A DNA stretch of 64,000 nucleotides from Meyerozyma guilliermondii (Eukaryota): the NCBI GenBank assembly GCA_051546255.1, contig CP128816.1:558001-622000 (forward strand), read 5' to 3'. The notes under the pieces were generated by a model that had not been told where the DNA came from, ran no database searches, and worked only from the letters and a program-made list of their open reading frames with translations. Positions 1 through 10,662 of the stretch are shown one piece after another (position 1 is the stretch's first letter; each line of letters begins with the position of its first letter). Made by a program: the position numbers and the translations under genes.

Positions 1-962
1 TCAGTTGCTAGCAGGCCATTGTGACGCTTGAGTTCGTTGAGACAGGCCTCTATACATGCTAGAATGGCCGCCTGGATTTTTTTCATCTTGTAGGACATTT
101 TTGTGTTGATTTCGATGACAGAACGTCGATCGTCTTTAGACCCTTTTTTGCGAGCCTGAAGTGACGAGGAAACTTCGACATGAAAACGGGGCCAAAGGAA
201 GACATTAGTGAGTCGAAGCACCTTGAGGCTGGTAGCCAACGGCGTGAATCCCGTAAAGCTTTCGGGCTCATCAGAAATGGCTTTCACGAATCCCCAGTCG
301 TTTTCATCTCGATACAAGTTGACGATAAACGATTCATTCGATGCTTCTTTCATGGTCTCGGCATGGACTATAAGTAGCCCTGTTATTTCGTTACATTTGA
401 TGACTCCAGAGAGCATATCAACCGCCAAAACTCGAGAAGTAACCGAAACCACACCGCCTTTATCGTAAAGACGTCGTCTCTTATCAGCAGTTGTAGCTTC
501 GCCTCGAATCACAGTCAATGCTTCATCATCACTCAGCTCGAGCTTGGTAGCGTTATCTATCCACTGGAGTTCGGTGAGCTCTTCTTCAAGCAGTAATATT
601 TCTCCTTCTCTGGCGTTTAAAACCATAATCAAACTTCGTTTCGGAGCGACTCCGGGACCTTTTTGCAACAGAATTGGTGAACACAAAGCATGCAACAAGT
701 TGGCGGCGATGGTCTTCCACCCTAAACCACGTCCCAAAATCAACAATCCGTCGCGCAGAAGCATATCTTCTACGATTTCTTGTTGAAACTTCAAAGGAAG
801 CGTGCAACAAACTTCGGTGACTTCTTCGTCAACATCATCTGAAACAGAAGATTGCGGTAGATTATGATTCAGACCTTCACTGGTACTCTCCTCCTGTACT
901 TCATTGGCTTGTAGCAAAGTCTGTCCTAACTCGTCATCTTCCCCCACAAATAGCGATGACAT
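1..962 (-). CDS. RAD1: Rad1/XPF nucleotide-excision-repair endonuclease, 5' part (runs off window start)
   Basis: Not in the ORF track. Manual translation from ATG at 962 gives MSSLFVGEDD...LPLKFQQEIVEDM..DGLLILGRGLGW...LWPRFHVEVSSSL..., the XPF/Rad1 N-terminal helicase-like region; frame is open to position 1. Confidence 0.9.
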   Translation of the reverse strand, partial: MSSLFVGEDDELGQTLLQANEVQEESTSEGLNHNLPQSSVSDDVDEEVTEVCCTLPLKFQQEIVEDMLLRDGLLILGRGLGWKTIAANLLHALCSPILLQKGPGVAPKRSLIMVLNAREGEILLLEEELTELQWIDNATKLELSDDEALTVIRGEATTADKRRRLYDKGGVVSVTSRVLAVDMLSGVIKCNEITGLLIVHAETMKEASNESFIVNLYRDENDWGFVKAISDEPESFTGFTPLATSLKVLRLTNVFLWPRFHVEVSSSLQARKKGSKDDRRSVIEINTKMSYKMKKIQAAILACIEACLNELKRHNGLLAT

Positions 963-1202
963 GAAGAGCGCGAATAAATTAGTTGAGATTTAATCATATG
1001 AGATTTGAGATTGAGATAAGCATATTGTACCAATTTATTGCAACATAATAACATAATAGAAGAAGGAAATAACGCACGATAGCAAGGAGAGCAATCATAA
1101 CTAAGAATTGTAAAGAGAGCACAAGAAACTTACTGAGAACTGTTGTAAGATAATTTTTCATCTCCAATTAACCTTAAAATAGCATTATAGCTTCTTCCTT
1201 TC

Positions 1203-1727
1203 ATGTCTTTTGATCCCCAAAAATACACCACTACCAATGAAGCTTTCACGGCGTCCGAGATACAATTCGATATTTTGCAAATAACCAATATTTCTACCTC
1301 CAAACTTCGTCAACTAGACGAGTGGAAAGAGTACCAGGATCCCAACAGAGTTGCTGTGGATCGGATGGGCAATTCCAAGATCATTCGAAGTATAGATAAC
1401 GAAGATTCGGACTCAATTGGCTCGGGAAGTGCCATCTACAAACTTCTTCTTCGAGATACTGCTGGAAATTTGTGCTTTGCCTACGAATATAACGATAAAC
1501 TATCATTTTTGCATCATAAAAAAGACACAAAAACTCCACTAGGAATCTCATTGGGGGGGAGACTCGTGGTGAACCGAGGAACCTTGATCATGAACGGGGT
1601 ATTGATGCTCAAAAATGCACAATGCAAATACCTCGGTATTGTAGATGACGAATTAGCACAGACCCTCAATAGCGGCATCGGCAAGAAGCAGATTGAAATA
1701 TTGGAGACAGAACTAAAAGACACTTAG
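1203..1727 (+). CDS. RMI1: Rmi1-like OB-fold protein (Sgs1-Top3-Rmi1 complex)
   Basis: 174 aa; YKLLLRD..GN..FAYE...LGGRLVV..GT.IMNGVLML...CKYLG matches the RMI1 OB-fold pattern. Confidence 0.7.
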   Translation: MSFDPQKYTTTNEAFTASEIQFDILQITNISTSKLRQLDEWKEYQDPNRVAVDRMGNSKIIRSIDNEDSDSIGSGSAIYKLLLRDTAGNLCFAYEYNDKLSFLHHKKDTKTPLGISLGGRLVVNRGTLIMNGVLMLKNAQCKYLGIVDDELAQTLNSGIGKKQIEILETELKDT

Positions 1728-1737
1728 TTACTGCTGT

Positions 1738-3666
1738 CTACTCGAGAAGCGCCCGCCACAACCCTGTCTCGTCGTTAAAGTTATGGTAGATCAAACTCAC
1801 CAAGTAGTAATCACCATTAATGGAATTCAACAAATTGTAAGATACAGAGTTCTTTTTGTAACACCGGGCCCATTCCAGCCACAAGTGGAATGCTTCTTCG
1901 TTCCAAGCCCTGAAAGACTCGATATCTATGATGGTGGGCTGAAGCACTTCCTGCAGTGGAAACACACCCCATGTCACTGCATTTTTACTGTTGTGGCTAT
2001 CTGGTCCAACAGGAAGATTGGACTGGATTTTACCACTGGAGTCTCCAGCATAATAGGTGATATCAAGGTTATCGATCATGTGTTTGAGTTTTGGATACAA
2101 CTTTGTGCTCCATTCTTCTTTGGGAATGAAGATCTCCACAAAGGATTTCTGGAAGACAAACCCATTGGAAGGACCCCAGCCAAAGATCTTATCTGACGAG
2201 CGAGCTCCATTTACCGATGGCTGAGATGCCAAGGAAAACCACCCTTTATCGTTCAACTCGAAAAGTTCTTCTTGAATCAATGCTGTTTCTGCTGAAAGTG
2301 GAGCGTCCACCCACGGCAAGATATTGATCTTTCCCGAGAGATAATTGAGGAAAACCTTAGAGATGTCCTTGGTAGACTCGGGAGTTCCCCATTTTGCAAT
2401 GGCTTCTTGAGGCGAGTGAATTTTTAATGAAGGACCATAGCCATCGATTTCACCATAAGCAGGCGAATTGGAGTCACCAAATCTACCATTGGGAAAGTCG
2501 TCCCAGGTTGCGTCTTTTCCTAGAGCACCCTTACCGGTACTAATATCCACTAATGTGCGCTTGTCGCTGAGAAGAGCCTTATTGGCGGATGCTTTGTGGC
2601 CCATTCCTACGGCTGCAAAGCCGGGCGCTGCCACCTCATTTTCGTTGATGATGGACGATCTTCTTCTACCCTTCTTGGGTGGCATCTCAATGTCCTCGTC
2701 GTCACTTGCCACGGCATCGTCGTGGCTGATGGTGTTAGTAGGAGCCTCCATTATAGGACGAAGAACCGCCGATTGATCGAGCACCGAAGCAACTGCTTTT
2801 TCCAAATTCAAACAGTAAAAATGATAGCCACGTATGGCACCATTGGACCGGTTATTGATCTGGTCCACCATGTCTGTGATAATACGGATACCTATGGACT
2901 TGACAGCATTGTCGTCACTAGAGGTATTTTGAAGCTGTGATTCAATTTCATGAGGAATTGAAGAGTGCGATAATTTAGAAGCCCTCGTAAACACCTTGTA
3001 TGTGGTTATGGGCATGAGACCGGGAATGAGAGGAATGTTCTTGAGTTTTGGACTCAGACTCAAAAGTTTTTGATAATGCATGAATTTATCGACATCGTAG
3101 AAAAGCTGGGTAATGATGAATTCTGCCCCAGCGTCGATTTTTTCTTCCAAATAAGGTATATCTTTCTCCGGGTTTTGGTTGGAAGTATCACTTCCTTCCA
3201 CATGGCCCTCGGGGTACCCGGCAACTCCGATGCAAAAGTAGTCACCATGCTGCTGTTTAATATATTTGACCAAGTCCACCGCACTATAGAAGTCACAGTC
3301 GGGTGTCCAGTACTCCTCTGTCCTAGGTGGATCGCCACGAAGTGCAAGGATGTTTCTTATGCCATTTTCCTTGGCTCGTTGGAGGGCATTGTCGATGATA
3401 TCTTTGTTGGTGTTTGTGCAAGTTAAGTGCAAAACCGTAGTTAAGCCCAATTCCTTCTGGCAGGTGATAGCCAAGTCCAAGGACTTTTCGCTGGTGGAGC
3501 CGCCAGCTCCCCAAGTTACCGTTATGAAGAGAGGATTCAATGCCAGCATACGGTGGAGCCGAGCCAAAAGGTTACGGAACCCGGTATCAGTTTTTGGAGG
3601 AAAGAACTCAAAAGATATGAAACGGTCCTGTGGACCAAGACTGTTAATTTTTTGGACAACAGACAT
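1738..3666 (-). CDS. MET12: Methylenetetrahydrofolate reductase
   Basis: FISFEFFPPKT, ITVTWGAGG, HLTCT, NILALRGDPP, ITQLFYD, WDDFPNGRFGDS, AVTWGVFP; first ATG at 3666 (track start 3723 is TTG). Confidence 0.93.
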   Translation of the reverse strand: MSVVQKINSLGPQDRFISFEFFPPKTDTGFRNLLARLHRMLALNPLFITVTWGAGGSTSEKSLDLAITCQKELGLTTVLHLTCTNTNKDIIDNALQRAKENGIRNILALRGDPPRTEEYWTPDCDFYSAVDLVKYIKQQHGDYFCIGVAGYPEGHVEGSDTSNQNPEKDIPYLEEKIDAGAEFIITQLFYDVDKFMHYQKLLSLSPKLKNIPLIPGLMPITTYKVFTRASKLSHSSIPHEIESQLQNTSSDDNAVKSIGIRIITDMVDQINNRSNGAIRGYHFYCLNLEKAVASVLDQSAVLRPIMEAPTNTISHDDAVASDDEDIEMPPKKGRRRSSIINENEVAAPGFAAVGMGHKASANKALLSDKRTLVDISTGKGALGKDATWDDFPNGRFGDSNSPAYGEIDGYGPSLKIHSPQEAIAKWGTPESTKDISKVFLNYLSGKINILPWVDAPLSAETALIQEELFELNDKGWFSLASQPSVNGARSSDKIFGWGPSNGFVFQKSFVEIFIPKEEWSTKLYPKLKHMIDNLDITYYAGDSSGKIQSNLPVGPDSHNSKNAVTWGVFPLQEVLQPTIIDIESFRAWNEEAFHLWLEWARCYKKNSVSYNLLNSINGDYYLVSLIYHNFNDETGLWRALLE

Positions 3667-3788
3667 TGCTGAGGTGGTTTTTGGTGCTTTACTTTTAGTC
3701 CTACAATGATACAATAGTCGCAAATTTGATTTGAAATTGATCGCGAGTCAAACTGGCACTGCATATGGTAGGGGTTGATGGAGTATGA

Positions 3789-4568
3789 CTAAACAGCACT
3801 ATACTCCCCCCGATTGCTGCCAGTGACCTTTTCTATGATTTCTCGTATGAACAGCGGCAAGCCTCTCACCAAGTCAACAAAATTCTCCAATACTTCTCGC
3901 AACGCACTTTGGAAATCAATGGCATTTCCCTTGTTATACTGGAACCATGCTCCACCAATAATATAGATACTAAGGAAAAGAACCATGAAAATGAAGATCC
4001 ATGTGAACCAGCCCCATGACTCGCCGTTGTCCTCTGGTTTCTTTGGTTTCTTCTTGTCATCTTTCGAAGTTACACAAGCGGCTTTCGACTTGACCTGTGC
4101 GAACAACATTTCATCATCCCAGCTTTCTACGGTAAAAGTATCGTCACCGTCCTTATCTTCGGCACAGATGTAATAGACCTCGGCGTTGACCAAACTGGAT
4201 CCCCAGTTGGCTCCCTTGTACGAAATCTTGATTCCATTTTCATTCTTGCTTTCAACCGGAGTGTATTTCTTCTCCAAGTTGGAATTGAACCCAACGACTT
4301 GTGTCACGATGTAATCCTTATCCACCTTGACCTCGGTCACTCCACAAATATCAACGTTCTTGGGACACGCTGGTGCTTTCTTGGAACTAACCAGCTCGCA
4401 AATCCCAAAGTACCAAGTGGTTTTGGTGGTAGATGGAGGGGTATCCTTTACCGATTCCACCGCATGGGTTCCTTGTAAAAGTGCAAAATTATACGAGTCT
4501 AGGTCCTTAGCAGAACAATCTAGAGCCACCGCTGTGGCCACAAGCCACGTAAGAATAGGAAACCACAT
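3789..4568 (-). CDS. ATG27: Atg27, type I membrane protein with mannose-6-phosphate-receptor-like domain
   Basis: Signal peptide from ATG 4568, Cys-rich lumenal domain, TM segment GWFTWIFIFMVLFLSIYIIGGAW, C-terminal YSAV sorting motif. Confidence 0.88.
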   Translation of the reverse strand: MWFPILTWLVATAVALDCSAKDLDSYNFALLQGTHAVESVKDTPPSTTKTTWYFGICELVSSKKAPACPKNVDICGVTEVKVDKDYIVTQVVGFNSNLEKKYTPVESKNENGIKISYKGANWGSSLVNAEVYYICAEDKDGDDTFTVESWDDEMLFAQVKSKAACVTSKDDKKKPKKPEDNGESWGWFTWIFIFMVLFLSIYIIGGAWFQYNKGNAIDFQSALREVLENFVDLVRGLPLFIREIIEKVTGSNRGEYSAV

Positions 4569-5341
4569 AAAGAGTAGAAAAGTCACTCGAGCGATTGAGG
4601 TAAAGTGAGCGTGCACCGCGCGAGTGCGTGTGCAGTCCCCAGTGCTGCAAGTGACGAACGAGGCACGAATGAGGTACCGGAAGGTACCGAAGAGGTGCTG
4701 AGTGGTGCTGAGAGATACTGAATGAAGTATTTCGAAAGTACCGAAAGAGCTACGGAATGAAGTATTTCATTAGGGTTATGCTTATTCTTCATATTACTAT
4801 GTGTTGAGTACTTGAATTCCAGTCTATAATTTATTATCTTGTGAGGACTAGTCTTCTCTGCCAATGTATTCACTGTACATTATCCATTTTCATTTTCCAA
4901 AGTCGCTTCATAGCGATACTGTCATGGTTCCATTGTGGTTTCATCGCCTCATGTCATGAAATTAGCTTATATGCTCTCTTTTGTGGAATTTACTTGTCCA
5001 TCTCGATACACTATCTCAAGCCCATTTCACAGCAACTTTTCCAATCTTATTTCAATTGCCAAACTGAGATTAGCAAAATTGGTAATCGTTAGATGTTTTC
5101 TTGATCTGCAATGATAATGGACCACAATTTATCCTGCGCAATGCATTTTTTCGGTTATTTGAAAACTGCAACAAGGTTAAAATTTTACAATTTTTCGAAT
5201 TTACAAATTTTCAACCCCACAGCTTCAAGCTGTAAAGTCCACTTTAAAGACACCATATCCATCTTCATTCCACATCAACTGTTCACTTATCCCTATCTTT
5301 GTCCCGTGACTCTTGTCTCGTGACAGTCCCCACTTTTCCAG

Positions 5342-5349
5342 CCGAGGAT
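5342..5349 (+). promoter_or_regulatory. FarA/Ctf1-type element CCGAGG(AT) upstream of MDH
   Basis: CCGAGGAT about 50 bp upstream of the ATG of a PTS1-bearing MDH. Confidence 0.55.
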
Positions 5350-5395
5350 CCATGTGAATCCGGGGACTTGAACTTTTTCATTAATTTTCCTTATC

Positions 5396-6445
5396 ATGGT
5401 CAAAGTTACTGTTTGTGGTGCTGCCGGTGGTATCGGCCAGCCTTTGTCATTGCTCTTAAAGTTAAACCCTCAAGTGTCACACTTGTCACTTTTTGACATT
5501 GTCAATGCTCATGGGGTAGCAGCCGATTTGTCCCATATTTGTACGCCTGCTGTGGTTACTGGACATCAACCAGCCAACAAAGAAGACTCCTCGGCTATTA
5601 CTGAGGCTTTGGCTGGCACAGATGTGGTGATAATTCCCGCTGGAGTGCCCAGGAAACCGGGGATGACGAGAGCCGATTTGTTCAATATAAATGCTTCGAT
5701 TGTCCGTGATTTGGTGGCCAATGTTGGCAAAACTGCACCCAACGCTGCTATCTTGATCATCTCGAATCCTGTGAACGCAACAGTGGCAATTGCTGCTGAA
5801 GTGTTGAAAAAATTGGGAGTGTTCAACCCTCGCAAACTCTTTGGTGTAACCACCTTGGATTCGGTCCGAGCCGAGACCTTTTTGGGAGAATTGACCGGTC
5901 AGTCTCCTTCTGCCATCAGAGGCCATTTATCTGTGATTGGAGGTCACTCGGGTGACACAATTGTTCCATTGATCAATGTCGATTCCACAATCTCGTCTGC
6001 GGTTTCCCAATGGTCTCCTTCCCAGTACCAGGCATACGTCAAAAGAGTTCAATTTGGTGGTGACGAGGTAGTCAAGGCAAAGAATGGTGCTGGTTCAGCT
6101 ACACTTTCTATGGCTTACGCTGGTTATCGTTTTGCTGAGACCGTGTTGAACTCGCTTTCAGACCCTTCGAAACCCGTTGCAGACTCTACACCAGTTCCTG
6201 ATTCTTCCTATGTGTACTTGCCTGGACTTCCAGGAGGAGAGGAGTTCTCGAAAAAGTATGTCAATGGCGTTACTTTTTTCTCAGTGCCAGTATTGTTGCA
6301 AAATGGAGAGATTCTGTCGTTCATCAATCCATTCGAAAAGTACAAGATTACAAGCGAGGAAGCCAATCTTACCGAGGTCGCCTTGGACGGTTTACAGAAG
6401 TCCATTGACCAGGGTACGACGTTTGTTCAGGGTAGCAGGTTATAG
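5396..6445 (+). CDS. MDH3: NAD-dependent malate dehydrogenase, peroxisomal type (PTS1 -SRL)
   Basis: [48 protein letters not shown]; no mitochondrial presequence; ends GSRL. Confidence 0.9.
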   Translation: MVKVTVCGAAGGIGQPLSLLLKLNPQVSHLSLFDIVNAHGVAADLSHICTPAVVTGHQPANKEDSSAITEALAGTDVVIIPAGVPRKPGMTRADLFNINASIVRDLVANVGKTAPNAAILIISNPVNATVAIAAEVLKKLGVFNPRKLFGVTTLDSVRAETFLGELTGQSPSAIRGHLSVIGGHSGDTIVPLINVDSTISSAVSQWSPSQYQAYVKRVQFGGDEVVKAKNGAGSATLSMAYAGYRFAETVLNSLSDPSKPVADSTPVPDSSYVYLPGLPGGEEFSKKYVNGVTFFSVPVLLQNGEILSFINPFEKYKITSEEANLTEVALDGLQKSIDQGTTFVQGSRL

Positions 6446-6496
6446 GTAACTATTTATTCCATGGTATTTTCAGGCTTTTAAATTCGCAGTCGCATC

Positions 6497-6505
6497 AAAA
6501 AAAAA
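6497..6505 (-). terminator. Pol III terminator (T9) of tRNA-Val
   Basis: A9 run on + strand, 8 nt beyond the tRNA 3' end. Confidence 0.8.
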
Positions 6506-6512
6506 GTAAGCA

Positions 6513-6605
6513 TGATCTAGCCGAGGATCGAACTCGGGGCCTTTTCGGGACTTACTGCGCAATGCACATGTAAACGAAACGTGATAGCCGCTACACCACT
6601 AAACC
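6513..6605 (-). tRNA. tRNA-Val (anticodon TAC) with 20-nt intron at 6549-6568
   Basis: Reverse complement: GGTTTAG TGGTGTAGCGGCTATCACG TTTCG TT TAC A [TGTGCATTGCGCAGTAAGTC] C CGAAA AGGCCCCGAG TTCGATC CTCGG CTAGATC A. Acceptor, anticodon and T stems pair; intron at canonical 37/38; mature length 73 nt. Confidence 0.92.
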
Positions 6606-6701
6606 GAATGCTTGGTCAGTTTTGGGAGAACTTCTTTTTCATCGCGAGTTTCGTACCCCACATTCATGTGAGACCATGTCTAGTTTCTTCTTTTTGAAAG
6701 C

Positions 6702-7961
6702 ATGTTTACCGAAGCTCTGAAACGAAGATTGAAGCAAGAAGTCGATGAAATCATCACAGAATTGACTACTCCTCAAGAACCAGATGCGTATCCGGAAATA
6801 AATGGAGTGATAGCTGGAGCCACTGATGCTAAAGAAACAGTATACTTGAACGCAATTGGAACCAAAAATATCGATACTGGAGAGGCTATCAGTACAGACA
6901 ACATATTGGCGTTCTTTTCTTGTACTAAAGCCTTGACATGTATGGGAATGTTAATACTTTATGACCGTGGGGAAGTTGATCTAGATGCACCGGCTTCTCA
7001 ATACTTCAAACTTATTGACACTATTGGCGTAATTGAGCCTGGTCAGGTTGATACAGACAATGGAACATTTATAACTCCGCCCCGGAAACCCAAAACTGAA
7101 GTGACAATTCGACACTTGCTTCTCCATACGGCGGGGTTCTCATATGCCTTTGTCAATCTGGACTACTCAGCTTTGTCATTTCTTAGAAACCCAGAACTCA
7201 GTGCTGTCAATCCCAAAATGGCTTTCTTTTCCAACGACAAGACTCCCTTGGTCCACGAGCCTGGATCTCGTTGGATGTATGGTCATAGCTCTGACTGGCT
7301 TGGGTTGGTGATTCAGGAAATTACTGGAAAGAAATTGAGCCAGTTTCTCAAAGAGACGATTTTTGATGTGGTGGGGATGAATTCGTTCACATTTCGAATG
7401 GACGACGCCAGCAACATGGTAGCAATGCATCGGCGAACTGGAGAGAGAAACCTCAAGACGATGAAGAAAATCGGTGTGCCGTTAACACCAGAAGTCGATA
7501 TGGGTGGTCAAGGATGCTTTGGTACCGTTGGAGACTACTTGAAGTTTATTCGAATTTGGCTCAATTACGGTTATTCTCCAGATACAAATAGGAGAGTTAT
7601 TCTGGAGAAAACTGCAAGGTATGCTATCAAGAACCATCTTCCAGATGGAGTCGGAGTGGATTATGAAGCCCTCTTTGGTGTCAAATTACCACCAGGTTTT
7701 GTTAACGATGGGTTTACATTAGCTGGTTGTGCCTACAGTATGAACGAAATGCCTACAGGTAGACCAAAAGGAGCTGTACATTGGTCTGGTCTTGCTAACC
7801 TATTCTATTGGATCGATTTGGAAAATCAAGTTGGTGGGTTTTGGGGTTCCCAATTCTTTCCAGTAATGGACCTGTCTTCACTTATGGGAAATTTGCGGTT
7901 CGAGGGACAAGTTTATGAGGCATTGGCAGCGTCGAAGGAGGAAACCGGATCAAAGCTTTAG
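6702..7961 (+). CDS. Beta-lactamase-fold serine hydrolase/transesterase (EstB/LovD-like) with PTS1 -SKL
   Basis: SxxK motif FSCTK, HLLLHTAG, EPGSRWMYG, WSGLAN; ends GSKL. Confidence 0.85.
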   Translation: MFTEALKRRLKQEVDEIITELTTPQEPDAYPEINGVIAGATDAKETVYLNAIGTKNIDTGEAISTDNILAFFSCTKALTCMGMLILYDRGEVDLDAPASQYFKLIDTIGVIEPGQVDTDNGTFITPPRKPKTEVTIRHLLLHTAGFSYAFVNLDYSALSFLRNPELSAVNPKMAFFSNDKTPLVHEPGSRWMYGHSSDWLGLVIQEITGKKLSQFLKETIFDVVGMNSFTFRMDDASNMVAMHRRTGERNLKTMKKIGVPLTPEVDMGGQGCFGTVGDYLKFIRIWLNYGYSPDTNRRVILEKTARYAIKNHLPDGVGVDYEALFGVKLPPGFVNDGFTLAGCAYSMNEMPTGRPKGAVHWSGLANLFYWIDLENQVGGFWGSQFFPVMDLSSLMGNLRFEGQVYEALAASKEETGSKL

Positions 7962-8094
7962 GCTAGTGAAAGCAGGCTATTTATTCCGAAGCATGAAAAT
8001 ATTTCATTGTAGATTTTAAGAGAGGACAAGCTCACTACAGAAACCCTTATTCATTCTTTTAAGTTTTATTGAAGTTCTTAGTCGGACTATCTTA

Positions 8095-10629
8095 TTAACT
8101 TAACCCCAACTTATCCATTCTTACTTGAATGGCATTTCTGTGAGCCTCCAAACCCTCTACGGCCGCGAGCGTCATAACTGCCTTTCCAATGCTCTTCAAG
8201 CCTTGCTCGGTAACTTTTTGCGAAGTAATGAACTTTTGGAATGTAGCAGTATTCACACCAGAATATTGTCTGGCATAACCATAAGTAGGCAACGTATGGT
8301 TCGTACCACTAGAATAATCACCACATGATTCTGCAGATAATGCTCCAACAAACACCGAACCAGCGTTTTCAATTTTGTCTGGAACAAACGATTCGGCGTC
8401 TTCAATTTGAAGAATCAAATGTTCTGGAGCATATTTGTTTGACAATTCAAATGCCTTGTCGTAGCTATCCACCAACAAAATGTAAGAATGAGCCAAGCAT
8501 TTGGCCACAATATCTTTCCTAGGAAGTACCTCAGCATGTCTCTTGACAGCTTCTTCAAACTCAGCCAATTTGGCTGCAGATAAGTCAACGCCAATTAAAA
8601 TTACTTGGGAGTCGACTCCGTGTTCAGCTTGTGAAAGCAAGTCGCTCGCTACAAAGTCAGCATCCGCATGCTTATCTGCTATCACGAGAACCTCAGAAGG
8701 TCCAGCAGGCATATCAATGGAACACAAGGCCTGGGTATCGTTCTGAACGTACATTTTGGCAGCGGTGACAAATTGGTTTCCTGGTCCCAAAATCTTGTCA
8801 CATTTGACCACACTTTCTGTTCCATAAGCCATAGCGGTGACAGCCTGGGCACCTCCAGCCATAAGTATAGCCTTGGCACCTAATTTGTGAGCCACATACA
8901 CAACCTCAGGTGTCAATTTTCCAGTCTCTCTGGCAGGAGGAGAAGCTATAATTATGTTAGAGCAACCTGCAACCTTTGCTGGAACTCCCAACATCATTGC
9001 CGTAGAAGGTAATACGGCAGTTCCGCCAGGAACGTACAAACCAACGTTTTCAATTGGCTTGGCAAACCTCGAACAAAAGACTCCAGGAGAAGTTTCCACA
9101 GTCATTATCTTTTCTTTGGGCAATTGTGCAGCGTGGAACTTTTCGATATTGCTCATAGAAAGGTCAATGGCTTCTTTCATGTCGTCGGAAATGTTCATGG
9201 CATCAGCAGGAAATGGAGCACGTAATACTGGAGTCTCCAATTTCACCCCATCGAACTTTTCTGTCAATTCTAACAAAGCTTTGTCGCCGTTTTTTTGAAC
9301 ATTCTCAATGATAGGAAGCACAAGTTTCATGATATCAGCTGTCTTCTGCACCGGTCTAGCAAGAGTCTTGGCGAGCTTGTCGCTGTCTGCCTCCACATCG
9401 TCGATCTTGACCGCCTCCATTTTGTAAGGAATTGAATTATCAGTCTTTTCCTCAGCTTTTTTGTCGGACTTTTCAAGGTAAGCGGGCTTGGCGTCGCCTT
9501 TTCTTCTCGTAACTTTCAAACTTTTGATGTCCAAGTTCCGCTCAACATCAGCAAGACTAACGTTGTGCTTGACACACCAGGTCAATGCAAAATAGAAAAG
9601 GTCAGCACACTCAAACGCAACTTCAGCAGAATTCTTTTTCTGGCCTGCTTCAATAAGTTCGTCCAATTCTTCTTTGAGCTTTGCAATCAAAAGCTTGTCG
9701 TCTTCAAAGAGACGCTTCGTGTACGATCCCTCGGGAGCAGACTCCTTCCTCAGAAGTAAAGTACTATCAAGCTTGGCGAGACCAGAACCACAAGCATCGC
9801 CAGCAAGTTGGCCATCTTTGTAGCATGTAAAATTCTTGTTCAAGTGGCAGAAACCGTAACCCAGTCTCGTTTCCACAACGAATTTGATAGCATCAGAATC
9901 ACAGTCCTTCTCAACACGAAGCAATTTTTGCGTGGCTCCGCTGGTTTTTCCCTTGTACCATAATTCATCTCGACGTTTGCGAGATTGGTACACGCCTTCT
10001 CCATCAGCAATTGCTGCGTGGATCGAAGCAACAGAAGAGTACACCACACCCAAAGCCGAGTTAGTAGGAGGAGGTGCCACTACCAAGGTGGTGAAAAGTC
10101 CATCGGAACGATCAGTGGTGAGTGTGCTGGTGAATATTTCACCAATGAAAATGGAATTTGCAGCCTTTGTTTTACTCAATTTGCTTGCTGAAATCACGGG
10201 AATGTATCCTTTTTTGGCAGAATCTATGGCTTCCTCTTCAGTAAACGTCTTTTCCAAGTAAATTGGTCTGTTTCCATCATCACTTAAACGCTTAAAATCG
10301 TCTTCTGAGAGTGGTTTCGTCACCAAAATCGAAGCCTCTTTAGGAAATGAAGTATTTTCAGCAAGTATCAATCTCCATTCCGGGATACCCGACGACGTAA
10401 GGTCATCAAACTTTGCCTTGTCTACTACAATCTGCTTGACACCAGCGTTAAGCACGTCGATAGGGTCGATTTGCAGTGATCTCAAATCAACGAAAACGTC
10501 AACATGGGCCGGATAAGAGTCCAAAAAGTGTTTGTCTACGCTTTCCACGGTAGTAAGAGCCTGACCAACAACCGAAACGGCTTCAATCTCCGTCGGCAGC
10601 GATACAACAGGGAGCAATGGGAATGACAT
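8095..10629 (-). CDS. HIS4: Trifunctional histidine biosynthesis enzyme (PRA-CH / PRA-PH / histidinol dehydrogenase)
   Basis: LWYKGKTSG, DCDSD, FCH, GSYTKRLF, GLYVPGGTAVLPS, DMPAGPSE, LSQAEHG, APEHL, GDYSSGTNHTLPT. Confidence 0.97.
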   Translation of the reverse strand: MSFPLLPVVSLPTEIEAVSVVGQALTTVESVDKHFLDSYPAHVDVFVDLRSLQIDPIDVLNAGVKQIVVDKAKFDDLTSSGIPEWRLILAENTSFPKEASILVTKPLSEDDFKRLSDDGNRPIYLEKTFTEEEAIDSAKKGYIPVISASKLSKTKAANSIFIGEIFTSTLTTDRSDGLFTTLVVAPPPTNSALGVVYSSVASIHAAIADGEGVYQSRKRRDELWYKGKTSGATQKLLRVEKDCDSDAIKFVVETRLGYGFCHLNKNFTCYKDGQLAGDACGSGLAKLDSTLLLRKESAPEGSYTKRLFEDDKLLIAKLKEELDELIEAGQKKNSAEVAFECADLFYFALTWCVKHNVSLADVERNLDIKSLKVTRRKGDAKPAYLEKSDKKAEEKTDNSIPYKMEAVKIDDVEADSDKLAKTLARPVQKTADIMKLVLPIIENVQKNGDKALLELTEKFDGVKLETPVLRAPFPADAMNISDDMKEAIDLSMSNIEKFHAAQLPKEKIMTVETSPGVFCSRFAKPIENVGLYVPGGTAVLPSTAMMLGVPAKVAGCSNIIIASPPARETGKLTPEVVYVAHKLGAKAILMAGGAQAVTAMAYGTESVVKCDKILGPGNQFVTAAKMYVQNDTQALCSIDMPAGPSEVLVIADKHADADFVASDLLSQAEHGVDSQVILIGVDLSAAKLAEFEEAVKRHAEVLPRKDIVAKCLAHSYILLVDSYDKAFELSNKYAPEHLILQIEDAESFVPDKIENAGSVFVGALSAESCGDYSSGTNHTLPTYGYARQYSGVNTATFQKFITSQKVTEQGLKSIGKAVMTLAAVEGLEAHRNAIQVRMDKLGLS

Positions 10630-10662
10630 TTAGCGACTAACCAGAAATAAATTTTCAGATAA

